A stretch of 20,965 nucleotides of DNA from Tubiluchus corallicola (taxonomy: Eukaryota; Animalia; Priapulida), in NCBI GenBank assembly GCA_030141605.1, contig JAQGDQ010001926.1, positions 1 to 20,965 on the forward strand. The letters run 5' to 3'. Every line of letters begins with the position of its first letter. Within the stretch, counting starts at the first letter, position 1. Positions 10,062 to 20,965 of the stretch are shown here, piece by piece. The notes below the pieces were generated by a model, which was not told the DNA's origin, ran no database searches, and saw only the letters and a list, made by a program, of their open reading frames with translations. The position numbers and the translations under genes are program-made.

Positions 10062-10374
10062 TAGGGGTGAGCAATCTCTACCAGAAAGCGAATTCGAATC
10101 GAATCGAATTTGTAACTTTCGAAATTTTCGAAATACCAGTAAAAAGTATCTTACAAAGATCATGCATGTTACTCGATTTTGTCGTAAAACCACTAAAAAT
10201 TTGTTTAAAATTGTGCACAGAAATCACAGCTAAATTATGCTAATTGCACGATGTTTAAATCGTTTTAGTGATAAAGAACACATGTGATTTAAGCGCTGAA
10301 TTGTTCGAATCTACAGTCTCAGGTTCGAATCGAATTCGAACTAAAAAACCAGTTCGAACCGAATTCAGCCCCTA
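10062..10374. mobile_element. Non-autonomous hAT element (313 bp)
   Basis: Perfect 8-bp TSD CTTTTTAG (10054-10061 and 10375-10382); termini TAGGGGTGA...TCAGCCCCTA; clustered subterminal TTCGAA/TCGAAT repeats at both ends. An 8-bp TSD with TAGGG ends is characteristic of hAT. Confidence 0.88.
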
Positions 10375-10481
10375 CTTTTTAGGATGTAAAAATATTTGAT
10401 CATAGGGTCCCTTATATGCGAGATAATTTACCTGGGTTTTTATTACGCGGGACCTGAAGATATCGTTCCTTATAACCGAAA

Positions 10482-11268
10482 GTCCCTTATAAGCGAGTAC
10501 CTCATATACGAAGATTTTTACATAGCAAAAACGTTACGGAAAATCGGGACTGGTGTTGGTGGTCCCTTATAAGCAAATGTCCCTTATAAGCGAATACGTT
10601 ATATAAGGATTTTTACATAGCAAAAACGTTACGAAAAATCGGGACCGGTGTTGGTGGTCCCTTATAAGCAAATGTCCCTTATAAGCGAATACGTTATATA
10701 CGAAGATTTTTACATAGAAAAAACGTTACGAAAAATCGGGACCGGTGTTGGTGGTCCCTTATAAGCGAGTACCTCATATACGAAGATTTTTACATTGCAA
10801 AAACGTTACGAAAAATCGGGCCCGGTGTTGGTGGTCCCTTATAAGCGAGTACCTCATATACGAAGATTTTTACATTGCAAAAACGTTACGAAAAATCGGG
10901 ACCGGTGTTGGTGGTCCCTTATAAGCGAGTGCGTAATATACGAAGATTTTTACATAGCAAAAACGTTACGAAAAATCGGGACCGGTGTTGGTGGTCCCTT
11001 ATAAGCAAATGTCCCTTATAAGCGAATACGTTATATACGAAGATTTTTACATAGCAAAAACGTTACGAAAAATCGGTACCGGTGTTGATGTCCCTTATAA
11101 GCGAGTTCGTTATATACGAAGATTGTTACATAGCAAAAACGTTACGAAAAATCGGTACCGGTGTTGGTGGTCCCTTATAAGCGAGTACGTTATATACGAA
11201 GATTGTTACATAGCAAAAACGTTACGAAAAATCGGTACCGGTGTTTGTGTCCCTTATAAGCGAGTACC
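10482..11268. repeat. 80-bp tandem array (9 copies), three units lengthened by an extra 17-bp GTCCCTTATAAGCAAAT
   Basis: AAAACGTTACG recurs 9 times at spacings of 80 or 96-97 bp. Confidence 0.96.
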
Positions 11269-11690
11269 TTTCACCCGAAGTTGACTGTAGTGTAAAACGA
11301 TAAACTGAGAGCCTTATTAATTTTCGGTAATATTAATTTCCCAGTCTAGATAAAATATCAAAACCACTTCAGTTCGAAACTCAATGACGAATTACGTATA
11401 ATTAGCTGGATAATTAACCGTGCATAAAGCACCCCACCCCGGCTGCGTTCTGGGAACATCGGGGGTGGGTGCTTTGAGCACATTGCCATTTTCTAGCAAA
11501 ACATGATTTTTATAAAGCCGGGTAACAACAATAATTAACTTAACGAATTACTTCGCTTGCACACCTCGTTTGCGCTGTCCATAATCACAAAATGTATGTG
11601 GAATAAAGCAATATTAACTTGGGGACGTGTCAGTCTGCAATTTTCCTAATATTGGCAGGTGGGCGCTTTGGGCACTGTGGGCGTTATAGG

Positions 11691-11920
11691 GTAAGTAAGT
11701 AAGTGAGTGAGTGAGTGAGTGAGTGAGTGAGTGAGTGAGTAAGTGAGTGAGTGAGTGAGTAGTGAGTGAGTGAGTGAGTGAGTGAGTGAGTGAGTGAGTG
11801 AGTGAGTGAGTGAGTAAATAAGTAACTAAGTGAGTGAGTGAGTGAGTGAGTGAGTGAGTGAGTGAGTGAGTGAGTGAGTGATTGAGTGAGTGATTGAGTG
11901 AGTGAGTGAGTGAGTGAGTG

Positions 11921-11979
<59 letters not shown>
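11691..11979. repeat. Compound tetranucleotide microsatellite (GTAA)n/(GTGA)n/(GTAA)n
   Basis: Directly visible; a GTGA core flanked by GTAA blocks. Confidence 0.99.
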
Positions 11980-12600
11980 CGGTAAGTTTATTAGTTTATC
12001 ACCATTTTTATAATAGCAAAATACATAACTAAGAGATTTATAAACCTGTACAACGTACAATAATATTACAAAGTGCAAAAGTAATTATTGATTAGTGGTG
12101 AAAGGGTGGCAAAAGAACTATGAGTTATCGAGGTCAGCCACCCTCTCAGGATTGTTACTAATATAATTAATTAATTAATGCGCATGTACCAGGTAATTAA
12201 AAATTTTCAGATTTTGCATTTAAGACGAATGAAAATTGAGTTATTATACGAATGTTTTAGTTAATAATAAAATAATGTTCAATAATGGGAAAGAAGAGAC
12301 ACACGTGACTATCTTTAAATAATAATTTAACCTTTACGTATTTAAAGTTAATGTTAAGAGGACCAAGAGCCAAAAGAAGAAATAAAAAATTAATTTTTCA
12401 CTTGTAGCTAGCAAAAGCGGATAAACATGTATGTTAAGTCATGAAGAAAAGACTTGAAAGCAAAAGTATCTTAAAATTCTTTAGGATTAGCGTTCATTAT
12501 TACATAATATTAAAGATATACAAAAGGTGTACCTTACCGCCATAACATACATTTGCGCTGCAATGCTTACTGAAGAATTTGTACAGCGTGACGCAAATTA
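11691..12600 (-). mobile_element. Decayed CR1/L2-like LINE 3' portion whose tail is the tetranucleotide microsatellite
   Basis: On the minus strand, AATAAA (11987-11992) is immediately followed by (CTTA)n. Stem-loop AGGGTGGC/GCCACCCT at 12103-12144; faint ORF2-end remnant TQFSF...KI* at ~12205-12241. 5' boundary uncertain. Confidence 0.5.
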
Positions 12601-14055
12601 TCTGCATATAAATGAAGCATGGTAATAACCGTGTTTAAGCGTGTTTAATCAGCAGAAATTAAGATCTGAATATTACAGTAAATATAACATAAATTTACAG
12701 AATAAACGAAAGCACTAGGAACCATAAATTTTATTTGTTGAGACTGTGATATAATAATGTAGAATAATTCTGTAAAGAAAAATTTAAAAGTACGTAGGAG
12801 CCAATGGGTATAGATTACAGTGGTGAAATACAGATTAAATCTCCACTGGTCAGAACAGCATCACGTGACCACCACATCCAGCAGTAGAGACTGTTTTCCG
12901 CAAATCTGCTTCCTGTCAAACATGTGTGTCATGTAATCCGTGTTTTTAAAAAAACTTTTAGATATAGTAAGTTGTTTTCCGTGGTGGCTGTCGTGAGATC
13001 ATGATCTAAATCCGAGTTTGTTTATGGAAATTTATAATTAAATAAACAAAACAATATTTTTCTTTAATGGACGCATGGTCATCTTATTATGGACGCATTA
13101 ATTTTCGCCCTGTATCAAGGTCAAACAGCCAAAAGCATTTTTATTGCAGGAGTTACGTATAATTGCAACATTCGCTGCAAGTCTGCATTACGTTACATTG
13201 CATTATTGAGTTTAAAAAAATTGACGCATAAGCAGTTAAGGGGTCTGTAAGCTCCCAACGGGGGGGGGGGTCCACCAACAAATTTACCTGTATTTAAACA
13301 CATTTTGGAGGCCTCAAATAAGATCTAAATTCTCTTACACAAAGTTCCTCAAACGTGAAAAACTCTGTTTTAATAACTATATTTTACCTACATTTATCTA
13401 GGTAATATTCATTGTATTCTATTGTAATAGTCATATATCTTAAAAGCAAGTTGGTAATACATTGCAAAGACCCATTATTTAAGCTTAATTTATTTAGTGT
13501 CAAGATTATCTACCCAGCAAAATGCGGATTGTCAAACATAAAACTGATTTGAGACTGTTAAGTTTACAGCCCACCCACTGTTCATACAAAATTTAATATG
13601 TTTGCGTGCGTGCTAATTTTTCCCACCAGACGCAGCTAAACGACACATGCAAATTTACTGCATTTTATACCAATTTGCGGTTGCCTGAAGCTATTTCCTC
13701 GGGCAAGTTCACCAGTTTACACTCATTATTGCGCACACAAACAAGCGTTTATGTGTTTCTTGGTTTACTGCTAAATAATTTTATTTAGCCATAAAAAACT
13801 TTTTAATTTAAGCAATTTTGTGGACGTAGGTGCGTATAGATACAAAAAAAACCTATTTTCGTCTCATCTGCAAAACATTCAGGTACAAATAATGCAACTG
13901 CATCAAATAGAAGTTTAGTTTTGAGCCATAAGAGTACTATAATATGTCAGATAACTAAAACATAATTATAAAAAGGTGCCATAATGTTAGTGTAGGTACA
14001 GAGACTCGAAAGTAAATTGTATCCCATTAAACAACACAAATTTGTCAACATTTAA

Positions 14056-14602
14056 AGGAAGACCGGACGATTGTTTAGACTCAATCTCATTTTAATTCAC
14101 TGTATAAAATGTACATTTTCTTGCGCGTAAAAGTTAACAGTTGTTCCTCATATTTGAATAATTAGCTTAGAAAGTTATAAACGGCAACCGAACACAGCTA
14201 TTGCTTACGTCAGAAACTAACCACAGTTTGTGTAATGGCAGGCGTCTTCCCTTGCAAAACAAGGACATTTACATAGGTGTTACAGTACTGTTTAAACGCA
14301 TGAGTCACGAAAAATGGGCTTTACATCATGTGACGTCAGAAACTAACACTGTAGTTCATGATGATGGTTATCGCGGTACCGCCTTCTATTTGTCGGCCAC
14401 GCGAATGTGACAAAAAAGCGCCGCTGCCAATCTTAGTAGATTCACTGAGCCGCGCGTAGCTTTGAAAGTTTAACAAAATTTGAGTATCCGAGGTAATTAT
14501 TATTTAATCTAAGCTTTGATTTAAAATAAGCTATTGTAGTTTTCAATATTTTAGAGCATTCTTTATTCTGAACTCGTGTTTACACAATCATCCGGTTTTC
14601 TT
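14056..14602 (+). mobile_element. Non-autonomous Kolobok-like DNA transposon, copy 1 (547 bp)
   Basis: Flanked by TTAA (14052-14055 and 14603-14606); imperfect ~25-bp TIRs AGGAAGACCGGACGATTGTTTAGAC versus AAGAAAACCGGATGATTGTGTAAAC (reverse complement). A TTAA TSD with purine-purine termini fits Kolobok rather than piggyBac (CCY). Confidence 0.82.
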
Positions 14603-16239
14603 TTAAATGATAAAACTAATGAAGTAATTGGTGCATGGTTCACCTTCATTTTAGCTATGCAAAACAGTTTTCTCAGTTTTTCTACCATCTCAAAACAGAC
14701 TTTGCCAGTAATTTTGCACTTCTGGGGATTTCCCATCAAATAAACAAACTTATCTAAATCATTCCAATTATTAAAGTTGGCTTCGTATTAATAATAGATT
14801 AGTAACTATAGATTCTATCAAATCAGTACGTTCGGCATGAAAATCATTATTCGTGATCGCGACTTTAAAGTGATTTTACTGATTACGTGAGGCGTTTCGT
14901 ACACTTTTATTTACAAAATTGTTGCAATATTTTTCCTGAACGTTGAAATAAGACTAACTTTTTCAAATGCTTGATGTTTCCTTTAATAAACGTGCGGTAG
15001 AACAGTGAATAAAGCTAAAATATATCCAACATATTACGAGACCTTTCTTTTCCACTAAGACGCGACTTTTTGAAATGCCTCAATTCAGCAAGTTTGGAGC
15101 TGGTGCTGATTTGCTGCTTGCCACTATTAGAGAAGTTAAGAAGTCTGTGTTCCGTGTGTCATATATAACAGGTGACTGTGATTGTAATTAAGAACTGTGA
15201 CTCAAAAAAATAATCTCTGCATTAAAGTGTTACTGATACTTTGGTGCATTTCTTCACAGATGTGATAATTCATGGTTTATTGGTTACAAAAACATTACAA
15301 ATTACAATTACACGCTTGTATAATTGTAACGATCAAGATTTACAACTTGTATTTTTGTAAAAATCGCCTTTTTCACGTGTCAATGTATTTTTGTGGTTGC
15401 AATCTAAGCTGTCTTTTTGTGCTTCTGCTAATTTCCTTTATGTCTTAAGTAACAATGTTTGTACAATTTTTGTGTATGTTTACATTTGTATTTGTATGTG
15501 TATATTTGCAAACTTTTAATTAGTGTCCTTCTTGTATTTGTTTTTCTTAGTTTTAACTCTGAAGCCACCAATCAGGATCTTCTTGTAAACATTTGCTCAA
15601 CCAAGTTACCCGAAGAAATATATTTTCTTATCTTCGTAATTATCTTAATCTTAACTGACAGGCTTAAATAGACAACAGACAGCTACAGTATGGTTTATGT
15701 CTCTATAAAAAAGCCTGTTTACAGGAAGGATACGATAAGAGGTCCTCATTTGAATTACACTTACACGTTACCGTACCATGTTACCATATGCCTACCATGT
15801 TACAACAGTGTTGCTAACAAAAATAAAAATAATAATTTAGCATGGCCATTTCAGTTAATAACCATCAAGAAAATATATGAATGCAACATGATATTTTCAA
15901 GGATTTTTTGACCCAAAACGTTGCAAATGACACTGATTGTACGTAGAATTAATTTTCACTTGAACAGAACTGTAAAGGTCTATAGAACGAACTATTGCTC
16001 GTGAAAATGGTGGTATACAAAGTCTTACACGTTTAACCTTGTGCATTAAATGAGGTACGTTTTTGTTCACTACCACTTGTACACTGTAAGTTGGCAGCGA
16101 AAATAATTTAGCGGAGCCTCGAATTTGCCTTGAAACTTGAAAGCATCCGCTGAAAGCTGACTGCCCGCCAAGATGAACATAACCATCAGGCGGCAGCGTC
16201 AATACGAGCGCAATTTTGTAATGCATATATCGCCTGCTA

Positions 16240-16421
16240 GTCACGTGATTTCATACCCCTGTACAGACCGTGCAGGGAGCAGCTATAGCCAGCTATAGCA
16301 GTTAGTTGGTGCTGTTGGTGTTGGTTTTTGCTGACATTTCTCGTTACATTTGCTGCGAATTTGGACGAATTTGGAGTGTGAAATTTCTGTAGAGGATACT
16401 GCATTATAAAGGCAGGTACGT
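16240..16421 (+). promoter_or_regulatory. Candidate promoter and non-coding first exon
   Basis: E-box GTCACGTGA (16240-16248), CpG-containing context, donor-like CAG|GTACGT at 16415/16416, YY1-like AACATGGCCGC at ~16495, and G/T-skewed sequence downstream. Confidence 0.3.
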
Positions 16422-17458
16422 GGGTGCATGTGTTAGTATCTTTGCCTTAGTTTTGACGTGTAATTTTCGTGAAAAGGTCAGCATATTTGCAGGCAACATG
16501 GCCGCTATTATAGCTTGTGGGGTTAGTTGTATCAGCTGCGAGAGATATTAGTTTTATTCTGCTCAGCGAAGTGAAAATTTCTGCGTTTTGATTTTGACGG
16601 ATTACTAATGAAATGAGGAGTGCAGTTATTGCCTAGTTTCTGCACAACTGTGTGCAATAGGTCGAATTTTGTTCACGATTGTCTCTGTTTTTCTGGAGAG
16701 CTGATCAGCGCTTATTTATGACAGATTATAGCCGCATTAGGATCGACTTATGTTATGATCAAATTATGGTGCTCTGAAATGATCGTGCAGCTGTGTTTTT
16801 ATGATGCAAGCTTTGGGAGAAAGGGGAAAATTTGAAAAGAGGGTTTTTGACAGCAGATTTTTATCAGGATTCGTGGTTGTAGGTGTAGCTTTATTTCGGG
16901 AGCTTTAGCGTAGGCCAGACGTAAAAATTATTGTTCTTTATTGAGGTTAATATCTTAAACACAAAGTTTGATTTAGATTTCGTGTTATTATGAACAAGTA
17001 ACATACTGATTTGGGATTTGTAATAAGGAAACGGAAACGAAAAATTCTTTAACGTTTGGAAGTTACGAACTTAAAACCCAATGCAGATCGTTAGAATTAT
17101 TCATTGCTGGGAGTGCACTCGTATACTTTACGCTTTGAAGTGCAACCCCATTGCAACGCATGTGTAATAATGATACTGTTCCTAAATTGCCAAGCAGGTG
17201 TTTTTCATACTTACTAGAAAGAGAAAAGTCTGGAAAAACGGAATTGCGACAGCTAACAGGCTTTTGGTAAGGTGCATGACAGATCGGGGAATACCGTGAG
17301 CGAGCAATTACTGTTAATAAAATTACGTACGACTCGGAAATAGGGATTAGTTTAGTATTCCCGGATTTTTAATGATAAAGTTGCATTATTAGTCCTAGGC
17401 TGAGCAAAACGTTGATTTGCAGTTTGTAGCAGAGAAACGGAACGGAGAATTTCTTTAA

Positions 17459-17996
17459 AGGAAAACCTGACGATTGTGTAAACTCTAGTTCAGAATAAAG
17501 AATGCTCTAAAATATTGAAAACTACAATAGCTGTTTTTAAATCAAAGCTTAGATTAAATAATAACTACCTCGGATACTCAAATTTCGTTAAACTTTCAAA
17601 ACTACGCGAGGCTCAGTGAATCTACTAAGATTGGCACCGGCGCCTTTTTGTCGCATTCGCGCGGGGGCCGTCAAATAGAAGGCGGTACCGTGATAACCGT
17701 CATCATGAACTGCAGTGTTTGTTGCTGACGTCATATGACGTAGAGTCCATTTTCGTGACATGCGTTTAAGCAGTACTGTAACACTTATGCAAATGTGCTT
17801 GATGCGCAAGGGAAGATGCTGTTATTGCACAAACTGTGGTTAGTTTTTGACGTAAGCAACAGCTGTGTTCAGTTGCCGTTAACTTTCTAAGCTAATTATT
17901 TAAGTGTATGAAACAATTGCTAACTTTTGTAAGCAAAAAATGTATATTTTGGACAGTAAATTAAAATAACATTGAGTCTAAACAATTGTTAGGTCT
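17459..17996 (-). mobile_element. Non-autonomous Kolobok-like DNA transposon, copy 2 (538 bp), inverted relative to copy 1
   Basis: TTAA at 17455-17458 and 17997-18000; the reverse complement aligns end to end with 14056-14602 (also seen as similar ORFs 14201+ and 17588-); the right TIR has a small deletion. Confidence 0.82.
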
Positions 17997-18481
17997 TTAA
18001 CACTGAAAAATTGTGAACTCAAAAGCGGTTTAATTTGGACTCTAACGCGAATCATTCTTAACGTTTCCCGGAGAATAAAATTACGAATCTGGAAATTAAC
18101 ACTGGGATTTTTCATTTCGACTTCGACGAGTAGCGAATATTATTACCAACGAGCAGCCATCGGTTCGAGATTTGCATTATAGAAGCGGAAATGAAGTGTC
18201 CGACAGCCGTTCACAGGAAGCTACAAACTTGGGAACGGTTATAGTCACGTGGTTTGGCCCGATTCGTCTTGCAGTTCTGAATCGGCGGCGTTGCCTAGAT
18301 GTACGAAGACTTGCGTAACTTGATAGGAATTTACGTAGAGAAAATCCGAAATATTTGTATTTTTTTACTTGGCCATCCAATCAAACATTTGGTTATACTC
18401 ATGTGCTGACATGGTAAAATACACATGCATTTTTCTGTATACAAAGATGCCCAGAATTACAGGTATATATATCTGTACTAA

Positions 18482-18740
18482 TAGAATATACTATATACTA
18501 GAATATACTACTATACTACTAGGAAATAGAAATATACTACTAGAATATACTACTATACTACTAGGAAATAGCAATATACTACTAGAATATACTACTATAC
18601 TACTAGGAAATAGAAATATACTACTAGAATGTACTGTAAACTAGAATATACTACTATACTACTAGGAAATAGAAATATACTACTAGAATATACTACTAGG
18701 AAATAGCAATGTACTACTAGAATATACTATATACTAGAAT
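18482..18740. repeat. 42-bp minisatellite, ~5-6 partly degenerate copies
   Basis: Unit CTAGAATATACTACTATACTACTAGGAAATAGAAATATACTA; 14-aa periodicity in ORF 18369-18644. Confidence 0.9.
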
Positions 18741-18745
18741 TTTTT

Positions 18746-19185
18746 ACCGATGTCAACTCTGGCACGACGGACGGACTAATTCGCTTGGTGACAGTTAAGA
18801 TATATGTATATCTTACCGCATGGTGTGCTTTCATCACATATTAATACCAAATCGTCGTTTACCAAGTTCATAGCTTGCACTGTCCATTTATTACATGTCT
18901 GAAGCTTTGGTAAGTATCTATGATGTACATAATTATGTACAAGTTGTGCAAAACTCCTTTGCATCAAATTTGCCAGATACGTACCTCGTATCCACCTCGT
19001 AACGGCAACAAACTGTGATTACCACTCTGAGTGTCATCGCTATTTTTAATTAAGTGGGCAACTACTAATGAGATTCTCGCCAGCAGATCGTCAGTCAACT
19101 TCTCATTCTTGCTTAAAAATACAACAAGAACCTCTCTAATATTGTTCCCTCCCAGCTACACTACGGCTTGGGTTTGGGGGTTAAG
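18746..19185 (-). mobile_element. Decayed BEL/Pao LTR-retrotransposon integrase C-terminus (DUF5641-like region)
   Basis: The minus strand reads, with frameshifts, IREVLVVFLSKNEKLTDDLL / ENLISSCPL / NHSLLPLRG / YLPKLQTCNKWTVQAMNLVNDDLVLICDESTPCGK. This matches the Pao order L.de.L, E..lNsRPL, pnHlL, EYLp.Lq.r.KW....nl..gDlVli.de..Pr. Confidence 0.78.
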
Positions 19186-19210
19186 AATGTATACATTTAT
19201 TTGTTTATAT

Positions 19211-19650
19211 ATGATGATGATGATAAGTCTTTATTAGCCTCTTTTTGCAGGCACAAATATCTGTACTAACATTATACAATTTTACATAGACACTATACAG
19301 AGTGAATTCTACTATATTACATTTACGGATTCTGTAATTAGCTTTTCTAATTTGTGCGTATAACATTTCTTACAGTGATATTAAACAAGAAGAATTGAAG
19401 TGCGCGCTAAAATGAAGGTTATTAATGCAGCAAGTTTCCTGTGAAGTAACATAAAAATGCAGATAAATTGTTTATATAGAAAATTAAACTCATCAGCTAA
19501 GTCTGTAACGGTTCTAAATAAAGTTCTTATTCCACGTTTTTGGATAATTTGAACAAGCATTTAAAGCCTTATGGCGTGAACAAAGATTATTTTCCTTTAT
19601 GTTCCAGAATATAGTTTAATACAGTAGCTAGGAATTAGTTAGTAGATTTT
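19211..19650 (-). mobile_element. Probable LINE (CR1/L2-like) 3' remnant with (ATC)n tail
   Basis: Minus strand AATAAAGACTTATCATCATCATCAT (19235 down to 19211); remnant VQIIQKRGIRTLF (~19515-19555) resembles the l..lQkraiR.i motif after the RT domain. Confidence 0.5.
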
Positions 19651-19783
19651 ATTCTGGTGTTTGAAGTAAATCTGTTTTACACGCCACGAGAGGTGAGACC
19701 CATATGCCCATAGGACGCTATATTATCATCTGTAATAACCATCTCAGTTGCAATTTTTTTGTTAATTGAACTAGATCAAACGC

Positions 19784-19797
19784 GTTTCCATAGCAAC
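19784..19797. promoter_or_regulatory. RFX X-box-like motif
   Basis: GTTTCCATAGCAAC is a close match to the 14-bp X-box consensus. Confidence 0.4.
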
Positions 19798-20045
19798 GCT
19801 CTACGCAAATAATAATAGGTCACTGCTTCAGCTGATTAGAATTCTTCGACTTTATTCCCACTTTGAATCTAAATTCTGTGTGAAACGAGAAATCTGTTTA
19901 CTTTCTTACTTGTATTCAGTTCACTAGTTTTTATATCCACGCATGTATGTAGTCGTATTACAAATGCTTTTAGCATTAGGTCTGCAGTACTGTATTTGAC
20001 AATTTCCACTCTGTCAGATTTATAAGAACTTCAAAAATTAACAAA

Positions 20046-20943
20046 TTTAACGTGTAGGGCACTTACTTTATTTAACGTGTAGGCCAGTTACTTTATCTAA
20101 CGTGTAGGCCAGTTACTTTATTTAACGTGTAGGCCAGTTACTTTATTTAACGTGTAGGCCAGTTACTTTACTTAACGTGTAGGCCAGTTACTTTATTTAA
20201 CGTGTAGGCCAGTTACTTTATTTAGCGGGTAGGACAGTTACTTTATTTAGCGTGTAGGCCAGTTACTTTATTTAACGTGTAGGCCAGTTACTTTATTTAA
20301 CGTGTAGGCCAGTTATTTTATTTAACGTGTAGGCCAGTTACTTTATTTAACGTGTAGGACAGTTACTTTATTTAACGTGTAGGCCAGTTACTTTATTTAA
20401 CGTGTAGGCCAGTTACTTTATTTAACGTGTAGGCCAGTTACTTTATTTAACGTGTAGGCCAGTTACTTTATTTAACGTGTAGGACAGTTACTTTATTTAA
20501 CGTGTAGGCCAGTTACTTTATTTAACGTGTAGGCCAGTTACTTTATTTAACGTGTAGGCCAGTTATTTTATTTAACGTGTAGGCCAGTTACTTTATTTAA
20601 CGTGTAGGACAGTTACTTTATTTAACGTGTAGGACAGTTACTTTATTTAACGTGTAGCCCAATTACTTTATTTAGCTTCTAGGCCAGTTACTTTATTTAA
20701 CGTGTAGGCCAGTTACTTTATTTAACGTGTAGGCCAGTTATTTATTTAACGTGTAGGTCAGTTACTTTATTTAACGTGTAGGCCAGTTACTTTATTTAAC
20801 GTGTAGGCCAGTTACTTTATTTAACGTGTAGGCCAGTTACTTTATTTAACGTGTAGGCCAGTTACTTTATTTAACGTGTAGGCCAGTTACTTTATTTAAC
20901 GTGTAGGACAGTTACTTTATTTAACGTGTAGGCCAGTTACTTT
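20046..20943. repeat. 25-bp minisatellite, ~36 copies
   Basis: Unit TTTAACGTGTAGGCCAGTTACTTTA; CGTGT at 20101, 20126, 20151 and onward; highly homogeneous. Confidence 0.98.
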
Positions 20944-20965
20944 GGCCTAGCAGAACAAAAGCCCT

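Larger units (their letters stand above)
10021..11289. mobile_element. Possible Tc1/mariner(pogo)-like MITE, interrupted by a hAT MITE and internally amplified
   Basis: TA-CAGTC at 10021 and GACTG-TA at 11283-11289; subterminal CTTATAAGCG/CGTTATATACG motifs resemble TA-targeting MITEs. The TIR match is only 7 bp, so the left end is uncertain. Confidence 0.45.

Noticed and set aside
10795-11284. Repetitive ORFs (KRVPHIRRF / YEDFYIAKTLRK)
   Set aside because: Translations of the 80-bp array, whose unit length is not a multiple of 3.
11614-12078. 154-aa THSL-repeat ORF
   Set aside because: Tetranucleotide microsatellite artefact.
12538-12601. Minus-strand exon IICVTLYKFFSKHCSANVCYG with good splice sites
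   Set aside because: No partner exons found; it lies within or adjacent to the probable LINE relic and may be decayed ORF2.
13238-13275. TAAGGGGTC plus G11 run as a Harbinger MITE end or G-quadruplex
   Set aside because: No convincing partner TIR and too few separate G-tracts.
14201-14410. Apparent paralogous small proteins (14201+ and 17588-)
   Set aside because: The similarity is at the DNA level within two copies of a non-coding transposon; frames are not conserved.
15897-16244. 115-aa minus-strand ORF
   Set aside because: No recognisable domain, non-ATG start, and no supporting exon structure.
18100-18380. GC-richer stretch with open frames on both strands
   Set aside because: No recognisable motif or clear splice boundaries; cannot be supported as coding.

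Overview
AT-rich, repeat-dense eukaryotic genomic DNA, probably an invertebrate animal, with no prokaryotic operon or CRISPR array. The only well-supported host coding sequence is the last two exons (934-1032 and 1962-2080, + strand) of a spliced ankyrin-repeat gene, which the ORF track misses. The rest is mostly repeats and mobile elements. There are about ten tandem arrays (units of about 137, 69, 48, 164, 22, 80/97, 42 and 25 bp, plus (AAT)n and (GTGA/GTAA)n). Non-autonomous DNA transposons include a hAT MITE with a perfect 8-bp TSD, two inverted Kolobok-like TTAA elements and a Tc1/mariner-like MITE whose end is amplified into a satellite. Decayed retroelements include an RTE-type LINE, a BEL/Pao integrase C-terminus with an internal inversion, and several LINE 3' tails that seeded microsatellites. 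Most listed ORFs are repeat artefacts. I found no convincing new biological system; the most notable items are mechanistic snapshots of repeat evolution. All family assignments come from motif recognition by eye, not from database searches.
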